A stretch of DNA of 64,000 nucleotides from Schmidtea nova. Taxonomy: Eukaryota. This document shows, piece by piece, positions 12,200-25,299 of this stretch; the first letter of the stretch is position 1; each line of letters begins with the position of its first letter. Position numbers and translations under genes: made by a program. The notes below the pieces were generated by a model that was not told the DNA's origin, did no database searches, and worked only from the letters and a program-made list of their open reading frames with translations. Location: the NCBI GenBank assembly GCA_044892505.1, contig CM097883.1, positions 226,114,001 to 226,178,000 on the forward strand. The letters are read 5' to 3'.

Positions 12200-12801
12200 C
12201 TATTAAAAAGTAAATTTCAAAAGCATAAATAATTTTTTTCTGTGTTAATAAAATAAGAGGCAAATTATAAACAAATATAGAAAACTAGCTATTTGGAAGA
12301 AATCTGTTAATTTAGGGTTGCCAAACGTTTTCAAGTCAATGTCTCAATGTCCCGAAAGAGGTTTTCGGGACCCTCACATTAACCAACTAGCACTCATGGT
12401 AGTCAAATGACGACTTTATTGTTTATATTTTATATTTTTTTAAACCCACGGTCATCATTTGACTAGAACTGATATTATCAAATTTATCTCTACAGGTAGG
12501 TAAACAAAATTTTTTTGGAAATTTTTACTTCGTTTTGATGACCAATTAAATCTATTTCAGCAAAAAAAAATTTGAAAAGAATCTGGGACTTAATGGGTTA
12601 AAATGTTTTTAAACCAACGAAATTCAAAAACTTTGCGCTTTTCTTTTACAATTTTAATTTCTTCATCGATGTTTTTTGCAGGGATATAATTTTGCTGGGT
12701 TTTACAAATAAAACGTAAAAATTTAGAATAGACGTTTGGCTGGGGATAACCGTAAAATTAGTTATTGTTATATGTTACTTTTTTAAAGTTTTTTGATCAA
12801 A

Positions 12802-12905
12802 AGATCAAAATTTTTTTTTATAAACAATAACACAATATTTCGGCACAGCCTTTATCAAGTATGTGCCGAAATATTGTGTTATTGTTTATAAAAAAAATTT
12901 TGATC
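12802..12905. repeat. Long near-perfect hairpin (about 45-bp arms, 14-nt loop); first copy of a repeat also at 15903 and 43048
   Basis: AGATCAAAA(T9)ATAAACAATAACACAATATTTCGGCACA-loop-TGTGCCGAAATATTGTGTTATTGTTTAT(A8)TTTTGATCT. Confidence 0.9.
12830..12862 (-). ncRNA. Putative minimal type-I hammerhead ribozyme (U3-A8 variant), Penelope-like pLTR type
   Basis: Minus strand reads ATAC TTGATAA A GGC TGT GCC GAAA TA T T GTGT: stem I ATAC/GTGT, core UUGAUAA, stem II GGC/GCC, GAAA, palindromic stem III ATAT, NUH site AUU. Confidence 0.55.
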
Positions 12906-13249
12906 TATAGTCATCATTATGAGAATTATTGATAATAATAATAAAAAAATATCAAAGGTGAAAAAAGATAATTATGATATTATTGTTATTGTTATTATTA
13001 TTTTTATTATTTGTTACGATATAAAGGAAAAAATATAATTACGATATTAATTCGCATTGCTTATTACGACACACAAATTTCACGATATAATTCCAATATT
13101 ACAAAAAGTTTTTTACGATACAAGTAGTGGCACTCGTTATGCTTACTAACCACGTATGTGACATTATGACTAATATCTAATGGTATTTGAAATATGAAAA
13201 AGTTTAATATTACAGTAAATGCGGTCGAAAAAGTATGACAAACTGAGCG

Positions 13250-13540
13250 TGATGAAATTAAGAAGATAAATTGATTGAGAACAAGGAAAAGAAAGCTGCT
13301 TCCTATGAATTGAAAACATTAATATCATCACCATCAGTGTTGGAATTTTCAATTCAAAGCAGGTAAATTATACTTGTTACAGATGTGTTACATGACAACA
13401 TGGGGTGGTTTTGTCACAAATTCAAAATGGAGAAAAGAAAGTGTTGTGTACACATCTAAGAGAATGGTCAAGAGTCAAAGACAATATTTAATATCAAGGA
13501 ATGAGCTTCTAGTAATTTATATATTTGGCCTGTATTTACA
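13250..13540 (+). pseudogene. Gypsy RNase H relic
   Basis: LKTLISSPSVLEF...ILVTD...VVLSQIQNGEK...YTSKR...RNELL fragments with frameshifts; boundaries approximate. Confidence 0.5.
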
Positions 13541-13783
13541 TAAACTAGTGTGAATCAATTGGTATCAAATGTTACCCGACGTTTCAAGTTTTATCAAAGT
13601 TTCATGTCAATTAAATAGTGATTTCGATGGGTTTTTGTCGATTACCATTAAAATTAAATAATGGTAGTAATAATTGTGTGTAATATTTAATTTTCTATAA
13701 AATGACGAATCAAAATTTAAAAGTTTGTATTTTTAGTGCTCTTTTTTGTCCTTCAGAAGCTTCCGATTTTGGCAACATAAAAA

Positions 13784-15515
13784 ATGGGCCAACAAATTTC
13801 CAAGATAATCATTGACCTTAAGTCTACTATGAACAAAATAAATAATGATGAACAAACTATTCCAGATATAGTTACAGTAAAACAGATTGAGAAACAGTTT
13901 GAGCCCGAACCAATCGTTTTGATTGAGGAAATCAACTGCATGAATTGCAATAATAAACTTGAAAACTGCATTTCAATCAGAGAAGGAGTCGACATCAATG
14001 TATGTGAAAAGTGTTTAGTTGAAGCAATTTCAATTGTAAAGCCGATCCCTGATGCTCCTAGCTCGGATATTGAAGAAACCTTAGAAGTACCAACAAAGAA
14101 ATCAGGTCCAAATACCAGAACAACAGTGAAGAAACAACCACCGAAACTCAAATGAAGATGTGTGCCTGCATCAGCTCAATCTTCTGCCATTTCCTCTAAT
14201 GAGACTGATGCAGAGAGCACTATCAACACCAACTATTTAAACCTTGACGATCGTGATCTTGAAATGTGGTTTTCCGATAATGATATTGACTGGTATTTGG
14301 AGCAAAATATTGACAATCCACTGCACGCATACATAAAATGCTTCGTCTTAAATATTCTTTGTTCAGATATGCATCAAGACATTATTAAAATTCCTCAAAC
14401 CATAATCAATGCTGAAACAGTTTTTTGTCCCTAAATATTAACAATTCGCATTGGATCCTATTTGTCTATAGCAAGAAGTTTCTATCATCCTATTTTATTG
14501 ACCCAATCTATGCTAATCGACATAAGCCAATTAACAAACAAATGGCATTAAGAATAAACGTGGAATTAAATAAATTCTTCAAATTAAATATTACTGTTTC
14601 CCGTCAATCACATGTACATCTTGAATATCAAAAAATAATTTTGACTGCGAATTCACTTGCGCTTATGCAGTCATTATAAGTAAGGATTGGACGATTCTCC
14701 CTGTTGGATTCATTGAACAAATACGGAACGATGTACATTTATATCAGAAACAGTTACAGATTTCTAAATCAAAGTCATCAGGCGGTGCAAATCTAAAGAT
14801 TGACACGTCTAAAATCAACATTAAAAAAGCACTTGTCAATAAAAGAGTAGTAAATAACGATACAACTATAACCAAAATACTAAATACTCAAAAGCCATGT
14901 GTGTCATCAATAATTTGTAAATATTATCAAAATAACACTGCAATCACAGTTTTATCTGCTGAAATGACTCTTAATTTAATTGCACAAAATAAATCTTTCA
15001 TTGCTGATAATGTAACATTTAAGCAATTTAAAGGAGTAGATCATATAATCGCTGTCATTCCTAAATTCAACGATTGGTGCCTCTTCATCTACTCAAATAC
15101 TCTTGAAAACAGTCTCATGTTTGATTTTAGTTACCGAAACATTGACGATCAACTAATTGAAATTGGAGAAAAGATGACCGAATACCTCAATAAATTTTGT
15201 CTTGGGCGTAATATTGAATTCTTACCTAATCATCGAATTTCTCATCCGACTTTTTTCTCTTAAGGTGATCAATTGTTTGCTAGCTCTTTCATTGTTCTTT
15301 TCGAGAAACTTGCTTTTGGTAACATCTTAGAAAATGATAAAATATATGATTTGCTAATTACAATAAAAATTCAAACTTGTATAGAAATTACTCCTAGTCT
15401 AAGCTCTATCAATGGTAAAATAAGTGAGAAAATCATCAGTGAATATTTTCTTAATCTAACCTTATCTAATAATTTTATTCTTTTAAATTGTAGTGCCTCC
15501 GTTATTTATATTTAA
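13784..15515 (+). pseudogene. Disrupted ORF with CxxC-CxxC zinc module, Ulp1/C48 cysteine protease and a degenerate second protease-like domain
   Basis: WFSDNDIDWYL, LNINNSHWILFVY (His), YFIDP (Asp), YQK/NNFDCEFTCAYA (Cys, after a frameshift); a second similar block IIAVIPKFNDWCLFIY...MFDFS lacks the His. Confidence 0.65.
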
Positions 15516-15665
15516 GTACAATATTTTTATATACAGTAATTTAATTAAATATTATATCTTTATATTTATATATTAAAATCATATATTGAGCTATTTATAA
15601 AAAAACAAAATTGTTTAAATCGCCAAAAAACATTCTCTTTAGCTGGATTCAAAAATAAAGCAAAC

Positions 15666-15805
15666 AAGAAATAAACATTCAATCATCTAAAAAAAGAAAT
15701 AAACACTCAATCATCTAAAAGAAGAAATAAACACTCAATCATCTAAAAAAAGAAATAAACACTCAATATCTAAAGGAAGCAATAATCACTCAATCCTTTA
15801 AAAGA
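15666..15805. repeat. 28-bp minisatellite, about 5 copies
   Basis: Unit AAGAAATAAACACTCAATCATCTAAAA(A/G) starting at 15666, 15694, 15722, 15750, 15777; no spacers. Confidence 0.85.
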
Positions 15806-15902
15806 AGTCATAATGAATCGACAATTACATTTGAATAATAATAAAATGTTTTACTATGTTATAGCCTTATTCTATCTTATTTCAGCAGCTAAAAATGGTG
15901 TC

Positions 15903-16035
15903 TTTATCAAGGCTGTCCCAAAATATTGTGTTATTGTTAATAAAAAAAAATTTGATCTATAGTCATCGTTTTGAGAATTATTGATAATATTAATAAAAAA
16001 AGATCAAAGGTGAAAAAAGATAATTATGATGATAA
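15903..16035 (+). repeat. Direct-repeat copy of the 12850-12985 hairpin/pLTR-like sequence
   Basis: CTTTATCAAG...AAATATTGTGTTATTG...TTTGATCTATAGTCATC...TCAAAGGTGAAAAAAGATAATTATGAT shared with 12850-12985; followed by AAT repeats. Confidence 0.8.
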
Positions 16036-16995
16036 TAATAATAATAGTAATAATAATAGTAATAATAACATCAATAATAATACATTTTTGATAAACCCTA
16101 TGTGTTTGTATAATAGATTATGGTATAATAATTTTTATAAAGATAGATTATTTTAATACAACTTATAATAATTATAATAATAATAATCTTATAATAGTTT
16201 TAAGATAATAATTATTATAATAACAATTATGACATACGTAATCTGTTATTACGTAATCTGTTAAAATTTGATTAGTAGCAGTATCATTGTCAGAATTTAT
16301 AAACATATTCATCAAACTTTAACCTGTTACAAAATATTTTTATCTGCATAAACTATTAAGTAATATGCTAAAATTAGGATTATTAACCCTTGTGTGATTT
16401 GCCAGAACACAATTCGGGTAGGTAATTTGCTGACAAAACGATTTGCCCGAATCTAGTTCGAAACTTTTTATAATAGTGTAGACTGCGTTGACCAAAATCT
16501 ATACGATAATTATACGATAATAAAAAAGCGTGGGAAAAAGTTTTATTATAAAATGTTTTTGCATTTATTAGACCAAACAAACCCACTTTTTTCAAAGAGG
16601 TTGACAACAGAAGTGGTTAATAATATTATAATATTAATGATTTTATTTTTATACAGGCTCACTATACCCAAATTATTGTAACAGCTCTTTCCATAACGAT
16701 TGCCATAATGTTATGGAAAGATATTACAAAACAATCTACAATCGTACTTTTTTATATGGCCCTCTTGTAAAATCTCTGAGCGAATTACATATACTGAGTT
16801 TTATGATAAACATGTAAATCATTTAACTACTAAGAATAATCTTTTTAAAGTTATTCCCAAAATAAACAATAATAATAATATTATCCAAAATATCAATTCA
16901 AATAATATTAATATAAACCAAAATAATAATATTAATTTAAATAATAATAATACAAATTAAAATAATAGTACTGTAATAAAAACTACGAATAATCT

Positions 16996-18859
16996 TGTAG
17001 TGCCTTACTCCTTCCCGAAATCACGCGCAGGTCATCTCGACAGTTCACCTGCTGAATTGATATCGGAACTGGCATCCAAAATCGCTGACTCCCTAGACTC
17101 AGAGAATCAATACGAGATTTTGAAAGTACTCATAAGTTCCAAATACACTTTCTCACAGACACAAGCCCTGCAAAAACTACTAGCACCACAACGTTACGCA
17201 GGCCAACGGCCGAGCCTATTTTTGACAGAGATCATTCGCTTCAACGACACCGCCATACCTCATTTTTCCAAAAGTACGCAGCTCTTAAAACACCAATTTC
17301 TTTCCGTACTTCCATACCACCTACAAACCTCTCTCGAATTGGTAGACTCTGAAGACCCATACCATCTTGCTAAAATAGCGGATAGCATTCACGCACTTCA
17401 ACCTCATAAACCGCGCGCCGATATTTACACACCACCACCATCACCCATCGTGAACGCAACACATACACCTGATAACCGCTTGCAAGGTCGAAAGATATTC
17501 CAACAACACAACGCCGTCCAACCACCCCCCAACGACACGCACACAAAACATACAACCCAATAATGGAGCACAACTAATCTGCTTTTACCACAACAGATTT
17601 AGGCAACATGCACAGAAATGTTGCATCGGTTGCACGTCCGAATTCCGTACACATCAGAATCCAATCATCCCAGTGTGTATTCACCATCACCTCTACAAGA
17701 ATGACGGATGCACCTGGCACACACGTGACGTCCATCCTTCAAAAAACTAACCCGATCATCGGACATTCCTGGACGCCCCGATGACTTACCGCCAGTGAAT
17801 TATCTTTCCCACACCCAACCACGTCCAATCTATATACCATCAACTGTGCCAGCAAGCACCATCTCAGAAACAACCGCTACCCTCTCCACAGTACTATTTT
17901 CTCACAGGACACCACCAACAATACTAATACAAGCGACAACACCAAAACAAGAACCAAACATCACACCTTGCACAACACTAGCTACAACACCAACAACATC
18001 ACCCGGCACACCGCACAGAGCACCACCCGCATCACTACCAGCAGCAGCATTCACAATACCATCAGAAACACCACTAACAATACCAGAAGCACCGCTCACC
18101 TTTTCCGACAACGAAACCCACACAGACTACACATACATTCTACCACAGCCGCCGCAAACCGCATCTCTGTCTCCATTGTCACCAACACCCATCGTCACCG
18201 CAAACAAGGCAACCCTAACTACACTAATTTTAAACAGAACTCCCTTAAACTTTACGATCAACGTCGAACTGTTTGAAGAATATGGCCAGTACAAGCCATG
18301 CGCCATCACACTCCGTATAGACGCAGACTACTCATGTTCGTTAACATCTACAGCTTTCATCGCAGACACACCTTCCTCATCCTCCGACCTAGACACGAAC
18401 GGTGGACACATAATGCTCTCTGGTGCAAAAACAATCGCGATTCGCCTTCCAAGTTTTTTTACTCCAACCCTTGAATCCCGTTTTCGCATTTCCCATACGC
18501 TCCACGTACTTCGGTGGGGGCTATTGTAGTGTCTTTACATTTTAAAGTAGTTTAAAAAATTACATATATGTATATATAATTAGATTAAATATAGTTATGT
18601 ATAAAAATATTAATCAGTGTTGTTTAAATTTATAAAAAAAGGAAGAATAAAAAATAAACGGACATTTACAAAACTCAAAAGCAAAGAAAATTCAGATTCA
18701 AAATAGCAGTTTTATTCAATATTAAGCAGCAAGCAAATTCATTTTCAAAAATAGAAGTTTTATTCAATATGAAGAAGGAAGCAATTCAAATCGCAGGGCA
18801 GACATCTTTGTTTAAATAAATTTTATTTATTGATAATAATTTATTTCAGAGTTACTACA
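16996..18859 (+). mobile_element. Internally deleted Gypsy-type LTR element (gag only, no pol)
   Basis: gag-like ORF 17000-17563 (LQKLL...GQRPSLFL...QFLSVLP...LAKIADSI); polypurine tract GGTGGGGG before a 3' LTR 18525-18859 with TGTAGT...ACTACA ends; only TGTAGTG remains at the presumed 5' end. Confidence 0.6.
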
Positions 18860-18989
18860 ATACTAAATAATAATAATATATATTCACAAATAACAACACA
18901 AATAATATAATCATAAATAAACGGAAAAAAATAATAATAATGATATACATATAAATACATATATTGGTCATAAATATATATAAACTCCA

Positions 18990-21600
18990 AACTCTATTAA
19001 ATAAAAATTTCACAATAAATGTAAATAATAAAGATAATTTTTGCTTCTTATGTAGTGTATTATCTATTTTTAATTATAATGATACTATAGGTAATAGAAA
19101 TAGACCTAGCTCTTATAATATATCAGATCTTAAGTTTGACTCAGCTTACATGTCCATGTGTATTTCAAATATTTCGAAATTTGAAGCTAGAAATATTGGG
19201 CTATCTATTAATGTACTCTCATACGACGAAAATAAGTTTGAAGTCCTTAAACATTCTTTTGTCGACGTAACCTACAGATCGAGTTGTAGGAAATAATATA
19301 ATTAATTTAATTTTGCTTATGGGCTTTTAAATTGTAGTAATAGTAATGTAACAGCTGTAAGGATTTGTAGTAAATGTTGCCTACAGTGTTTGAATGGGTG
19401 AAGGACTGTAAATAGTTTTGATTGACACAACCCTTTATGTGATAAAAATCAATTAGGCATGACTCTCTTCACTTTGCCTTAAAACAAAGATTTAGAATTT
19501 AAGAACTGGACGAAAACAGTTACTCCTCCCTTTGTAATTTATGCCGATTTTGAGGCATACTTACCTAAAGATGTTAAATATTTCCAAAAACATCTCCCAA
19601 TTTCAGCTGGCTTTGTATGTATAGATAACTTTACTGACCAAATATTTCCTAGGTTTGAATTGTGTTAGAAACTTTCTTTTTGAAATTCAATTAATAAGCG
19701 AAAACATAGTTGCTAAAAATTATCAAAATAAAATGATATTCACTAGGGCAGATGAGTTATCTTTCTAGGCATCAACTAACTGTTATTTTTGTTCTAAAAC
19801 ACTTGTAGATCCAGTTAAGGACCATGATCATTTTTCTGGTCAATTCTTAGATGCAGCCTGTTTGAAATGCAATAGGTCAAGACAAATAAAACCAACTTTA
19901 CATTTCGTTTTTCATAATCGTTTTTCATAATACATAATATTCTCAAATTCGGTTTTTCAAATTTTAAAAATTGAAATATAAGTTGTATTTCTGTAACATC
20001 GGAAAAGTTCTTAAGTTTGTATGCAAGAATCGGTAATTTAACAGTAAAATTTACCGATTCTTTCTAATGTGTTAACGATTCGCTAAAAAATGCAGAAAAC
20101 ACTTTCATCATTGCCTTTAACTACATCGGAATTCAGAGGTACAATTATTATTTGCAAGAGAATATTTCCCTATGACGTGGCTACTTGTTTAGAAGCAAGT
20201 CAATCTAATACTGTACTGCCTCCAATTTGGAAGAATTCACACTATGGATCAAGTTATTTGGAAGGAAACCAATTGTAATTCGTTTTTGGATTACATTATG
20301 GTTTACCTTAAATTAGATGTCTTTTTGTTGGTAGATTTTTTCCAAACTTTTAGAGCAAAGTCTATTACTCATAACAAGTTGGAACCCTTAAATTATTTCG
20401 GAATTTCAAGCATGTCCTGAGATTCCGCCTTATTAACTCTGGAAAAACCCATTGAGCTATTGAAAGACATGGAAATTTATAACTTTTTTGAGGGAGAGAT
20501 TAAGGGGTATTCTTTTGTTAATAAACATTATGTAAAATTAGATAGAAATACAGAGTTGTTGTATATAGACTTCAAAAACCTGTATGGATGGGCCCTTAGT
20601 CAAAAGCTTCCAAAGGGTAATTTTACTTGGATCAATGATGATCATTTATTAAATCTAATTTTAATTGATTGGAAGATCCCATCGGAAATACATGATAAAC
20701 TGGACGATTTTCCAGTTGCAGCTGAAAGTTGAGAAAGTGGAGAAGCTGTTGCTCACGCACAACCCCAAGAAGAACTACGTTCTTCATTGGAGGCTTCTAC
20801 AACTATTTATTAATTTAGACGTAAAGATCACAAAAGCTCATAGAGCAATTAAATTTAACCAGTCAAATTTAACACCAATTAAATTTAACACTATCACACA
20901 ACTTCGAGCAATATCCACAAACACACTAGACTGTTGAAAACTTAAAAAAGACAATTAATTTAAGGCTTTGTAGCTCTGCCAATAAATTATTAACTTATTG
21001 TTCAAATGCAACATTTAAAAAAGCACCAAAATTGATGAGGATTTAGTCAAACAGTATTTGATCTATCCAAACTATGTATGTACCAGCTGCAATATATTGA
21101 TTTGCAAAAATATCGAGAAGAATTCGATTGTCAAATTAATATTATTGCGGGTGACACCGATTCCTTTTTCTTGGAAATAATTAATTGTAAATTAAATAAA
21201 TTATTACCAGATATGATTAAAGATAAATTATTGGACACTTCCAATTATGATACTAACCATTCTTTATATTCAAAAAGCCTGGACTATGTCATCGGTAAAT
21301 TTAAAGACCAGAGTAAAGGCCTTGGATATGACGAATGGATCTTTTTAAGACCTAAATGCTATAGAATGAAAGGCGATAATATTATTAATAGTATGAAAAC
21401 TAAGAGGATAACAATCAAAGATGCAGAACTAACACATCAGTCGTATCTTGATTGTTATCAAATAATAAAATACACACAGTTCCCCAATTTTGTATTGCAG
21501 CAAAACTCATCAACTGTTTAGTATTAAAAATAATAAACAAGCTTTAACTATCGCTGATGATAATTGAATTGGTAAAAATAAAAGTTATGCGTATGGGCAT
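18990..21600 (+). pseudogene. Polinton/Maverick-type protein-primed DNA polymerase B relic
   Basis: NKDNFCFLCSV, PPFVIYADFEAYL, CYFC...VKDHDHFSG...CLKCN, KFTDSF, IFPYD, YIDFKNLYGWALSQKLP, KLLLTHNPKKNYVLHW, IAGDTDSFF, IGKFKD, FLRPKCY in order, with many stops and shifts. Confidence 0.85.
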
Positions 21601-22474
21601 TATAGGGGGATTGAAAGATTGTAGATGATCCAGATGTATTTCAGATAAACTAATGTCCGTTCTGCATTAAAAGATGGAGGATCTTTGCCCAAAGATGATG
21701 AAACAACTGGTTTACACTGTACCGAAGCTTCTTCCGTTCAAAATAGAATCCATCACTGGAATTAATCTGAAAGGGATATTGGTAGAGAATTACCAGAACC
21801 TGGATGCAGAATTAATAAACTGAAGCAGCAACATTATATGTTCTTATTGATGCAAAAATTGTCTATATAGGACACAAAAGTATCACAAATTGCTCCTCAG
21901 AAAAGAGTTGCGGCATTCTTGATAATGGTGAGTATTTTAATAAAGGTTTTAAAACAAATCGTCTTTATTTTATTTTTTTTTATACCTGTATGCCTGTTTT
22001 TAGTATTATTAGTATTAGAAGTCAGTTATTAGTCTTGTTTTTATATTTTATTAGATAGTTAATAAGTGACTTGTAGGTTATAGTTTAAATTTTTTATCAA
22101 TAAAGCACTGTGCAAACAAGATGCAAGAAATGTGCAATCAATTTGCAACCAAGTTTCAATGAATGGGCAATCAAGTTGCAATGAATCCTGGTAAATGAAT
22201 TGTTTATTGCTTGTTAAATCTATTTTAAATTTATTTTTTGTCTCAGAATTATTTTTTAAGAAGCAACAACAATAATAATAATAAAAGTTATAATAATAAT
22301 AATTGTAGTCAAACCAATTAAATCAATATAAATATTAAATCAATATTTATAATAATAACATATTTAAAAACTTTTTTTAAATATGCTATTAATTTGATAA
22401 TAATAAATTTTAAAAATACTTATCTTACTTTTATTGTTTATCATTAAAATGCTAAATAATGTAGAAGACAAAAT

Positions 22475-23000
22475 TGGTGTCAGAGGCGTGGCTCAAGAAA
22501 GTAGTCACATTCAAATGAAAATTCCAACCTTCTTCGACAATGTAGCAGTTTGGTTCAAACAATTGGACGCAGCATTGGAACTGGCCTCAATTAAAAACGA
22601 AAAAACCAAATACTTCTACTTGCTAACCAGCATACCATTACGCGTTCTAGAAGAATACTCGGATTTAATGGATCCATATATCAAGCAGCCATATTCAACA
22701 CTTAAAGAAGCAATTATTAATGAATCAAAAGGATCAACAACAGTAGCAGCAAACAAACTTTTACAGAAACAGGAACTTTGGGATCGCAAACCAAGCCAAT
22801 TCCTTAGAGAATTAAAAAGAAACTATAAAATTATTGAACCCAGCAGTGACCCAGAAACAAGCAAAATTCTCAGATATCAGTTCATTAACTCCATACCAGT
22901 TCACCTGCTAAATATCAAGCAACGCTGGCATTGATGAATTGGCCAACGTCGCCAACTTGCACGTAAGTATTAATTAACAGCATATCTCACAGGTGGGAAG
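22475..23000 (+). mobile_element. gag: Gypsy gag fragment with primer-binding site
   Basis: PBS-like TGGTGTCAGA at 22475, then KIPTFFDNVAVWFKQLDA...ELWDRKPSQFLRELKR. Confidence 0.7.
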
Positions 23001-23717
23001 TCAAAATATTGCCGGAAACTTCCATCAGCTTGCAATAGAGAATCTGCATTTCTTGGTCGGACCAATGATCAAACACTTTCCTATTGGGCGCTGGTCGAGA
23101 TCGGTTTCTTTAGAGCAATTAGAGATGCCATTCTTCACTCTTAAAGATCAATATCACATATGCTGGGTGGAGTTATTACCAGAAGTCAAATTTATGTTGA
23201 ATTCCATATTTCAGGAAACGATTTAATAACGCTATGTGAAAATTTGTTTGAAAAAAACAATACAAAGAATGGTCTACAAATAGATTAATTCAGACTCAAC
23301 GAAATAACAGAGAGAAAATTGATAGTAGGAGTGATAGTAATAAAATGATAGCAATAAAGAAAATCAGAGATAATTTGAACCTGTCGAAGTTATAAAACAA
23401 ATACACGAGATAAGTTATGAAGTAGAACAGGATAATGGAAAAATAGTTATACGAAATATAGTATCTAACGAATTTTAAAGAGGGATATGATGATAATTAA
23501 ATATAAGTATTTCATCAAAGAACTACAAATCTATTAAGAGCTTCATCTCTACTTAACAATCGTATTTCAGCATGTAACTGCATATTTTCATATTTTCATA
23601 TTCATAGCGTTTGTGTTTGTAAGATTATTGTAATGTCAAGTATATGACATGATTCTAAAAATATATTACATAATAGCAGTTAATGTTTAAAGGTAATTTG
23701 TCCAGATTAATATACTA

Positions 23718-24830
23718 CAGGTCAAATCTCGATGTAACGAATACCGAAGTAACGAAATTTCCAGTATAGCAAATCTATAATTTGTCCCCGACGAACTTCC
23801 ATACAAAATGTATTGAGCCAAAATTCATTATAACGAAGACCGATCTCAGTATAACAAAATTTTAGTCTCAATATTTTAGAATTTCGCTTAACTTCACACA
23901 TTGTTTTGCTAAATTAGTTTATTATCAACACTTGGTGACACAACACGTGTTTGGACGTGACTGCATAACATATGTAGTGTTTGTCCTATTTTTTTGTTTC
24001 GTTGTTTATGTCAGTCTTCAATATTACACGGATTCTAAAACTTTTGATAAACTTTTAACATTGCATAGGTTTGTGTTTGTGAGTGGGTTTTACTTTATTG
24101 ACGGACGTCGATAAAAAAAATGCAACAAAAAAGGAAAATTCTACTTCTGGTCGACAATTGCTAGGCGCATACTGTGACCTGTCAACTGGAGTACGTTCGT
24201 GTAGAATTTCCCCCCCAAACTGTACAGCATTGCTCCAAACCTTGGACCTTGGGATAATTCGTGCCGTAAAGGTCCATTATAGGGGACGTTTACTTAAAAA
24301 ATACTACTGAATTTGATGCCAGGAGATGTAAAGAAATTGACGTCAAAGAAGCGTGTGACATGATATGTGATGCATGGTGGTCCATGAAGGAGTCCACCAT
24401 TTCAAAATGCTGGGGGAAATCGTTGGTGATAACTTCAAGCATAGATACAGAAAATGTCGAGGTGGAAGAGTCTGAAGTTGAAGGAAAGGATATATGGAGG
24501 TTGCTAGGTCCTGTCCGCGATGGCGCTTCCTATAAAGACTATGTTGCAGTGGACCAAAATGTAATGGTTGTGGCAGAGGTCTTCGATGAGCAAATTATAC
24601 GAAATGTTCAGCAATGTACCGAAATTGAATCTTCGGCGAATGAAGATGAGGATGCGAATGACGAAGAAGCTATGCCACCAGTCACAAAAATTTCCCTATC
24701 GGATGCTCTCGGTGGATTGAAAAACATACGAGGGTATCTATGCAGTGCAAAAAATTTACCTGAAGATGCCTTTATAAGTATTTGGAGTACAAATTTTCGA
24801 TAAAAATGGAGCCTGATATTATCATTAAAT
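23718..24830 (+). mobile_element. Tigger/pogo relic
   Basis: TA + CAGGTCAAATCTCGATGTAACGAA terminus; DDE fragments LLVDNC, PPNCTALLQTLDLGII, AWWSMKESTISKCW. Confidence 0.75.
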
Positions 24831-24959
24831 GAATGAACCAGTAATTATTAGTCCAGTAATTATTAAAAGGAAAATTAAATGTATCAGTATAAATGAATAA
24901 TGTAAAAAGAGATGTTATTTACTAAACGGCAGACAAAATATCACCTTAAATTATTGGAG

Positions 24960-25285
24960 GAATAGATTTCTTTGAGAAAATTTGATATAAAACTTGCAAT
25001 TAATTCCAAAAAGAAACAAAATTATATTATAGTTTTGAAAAAAGTGAACATAAAATTAAAAAAGACGACAAGACACTTCAAAATTTTTTGTGTTATTTGA
25101 TAACATTTTCATGAAGGGAAAATGGGATATTGAAAAAACGAAAATTGTTAAACACAAAATAGTGATATTTGTAGTTAAGACACCACCTCATAAAAGAAAA
25201 TTGAAGAAAATATAAATGAAATGGAAAAGTATGGTATAATAACTGAATGTGATTATCTATGGAATGGACCATTAGTATGCGTCAA
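24960..25285 (+). pseudogene. Gypsy RT-start fragment related to the intact 54-58 kb element
   Basis: KWDIEKTKIVKHKI...IEENINEMEKYGIITEC...WNGPLVCV parallels KWDIGLTTLIKHNI...MEKYGIIEKCESAWNSPLVCV. Confidence 0.55.
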
Positions 25286-25299
25286 CGACCAATATTTAC

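Noticed and set aside
12378-12601. Possible piggyBac MITE (TTAA-CC...GG-TTAA)
   Set aside because: The putative TIRs match poorly beyond the first few bases.
15666-15805. Regular 28-bp repeats as a possible CRISPR array
   Set aside because: Units are contiguous with no unique spacers, there are no cas genes, and the context is eukaryotic.
15971-16156. Asn-rich ORF (and the YI-repeat ORF at 49164-49379)
   Set aside because: Translations of AAT and TA microsatellites.
17795-18529. Pro/Thr-rich 244-aa ORF as a mucin or retroviral env
   Set aside because: No signal peptide, furin site or transmembrane segment; it runs into the PPT/LTR and looks like a low-complexity retroelement tail.
22475-22490. 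tRNA-like sequence (also 58591-58601)
   Set aside because: These are short retrotransposon primer-binding sites, not tRNA genes; no cloverleaf or rRNA sequence was seen in the window.
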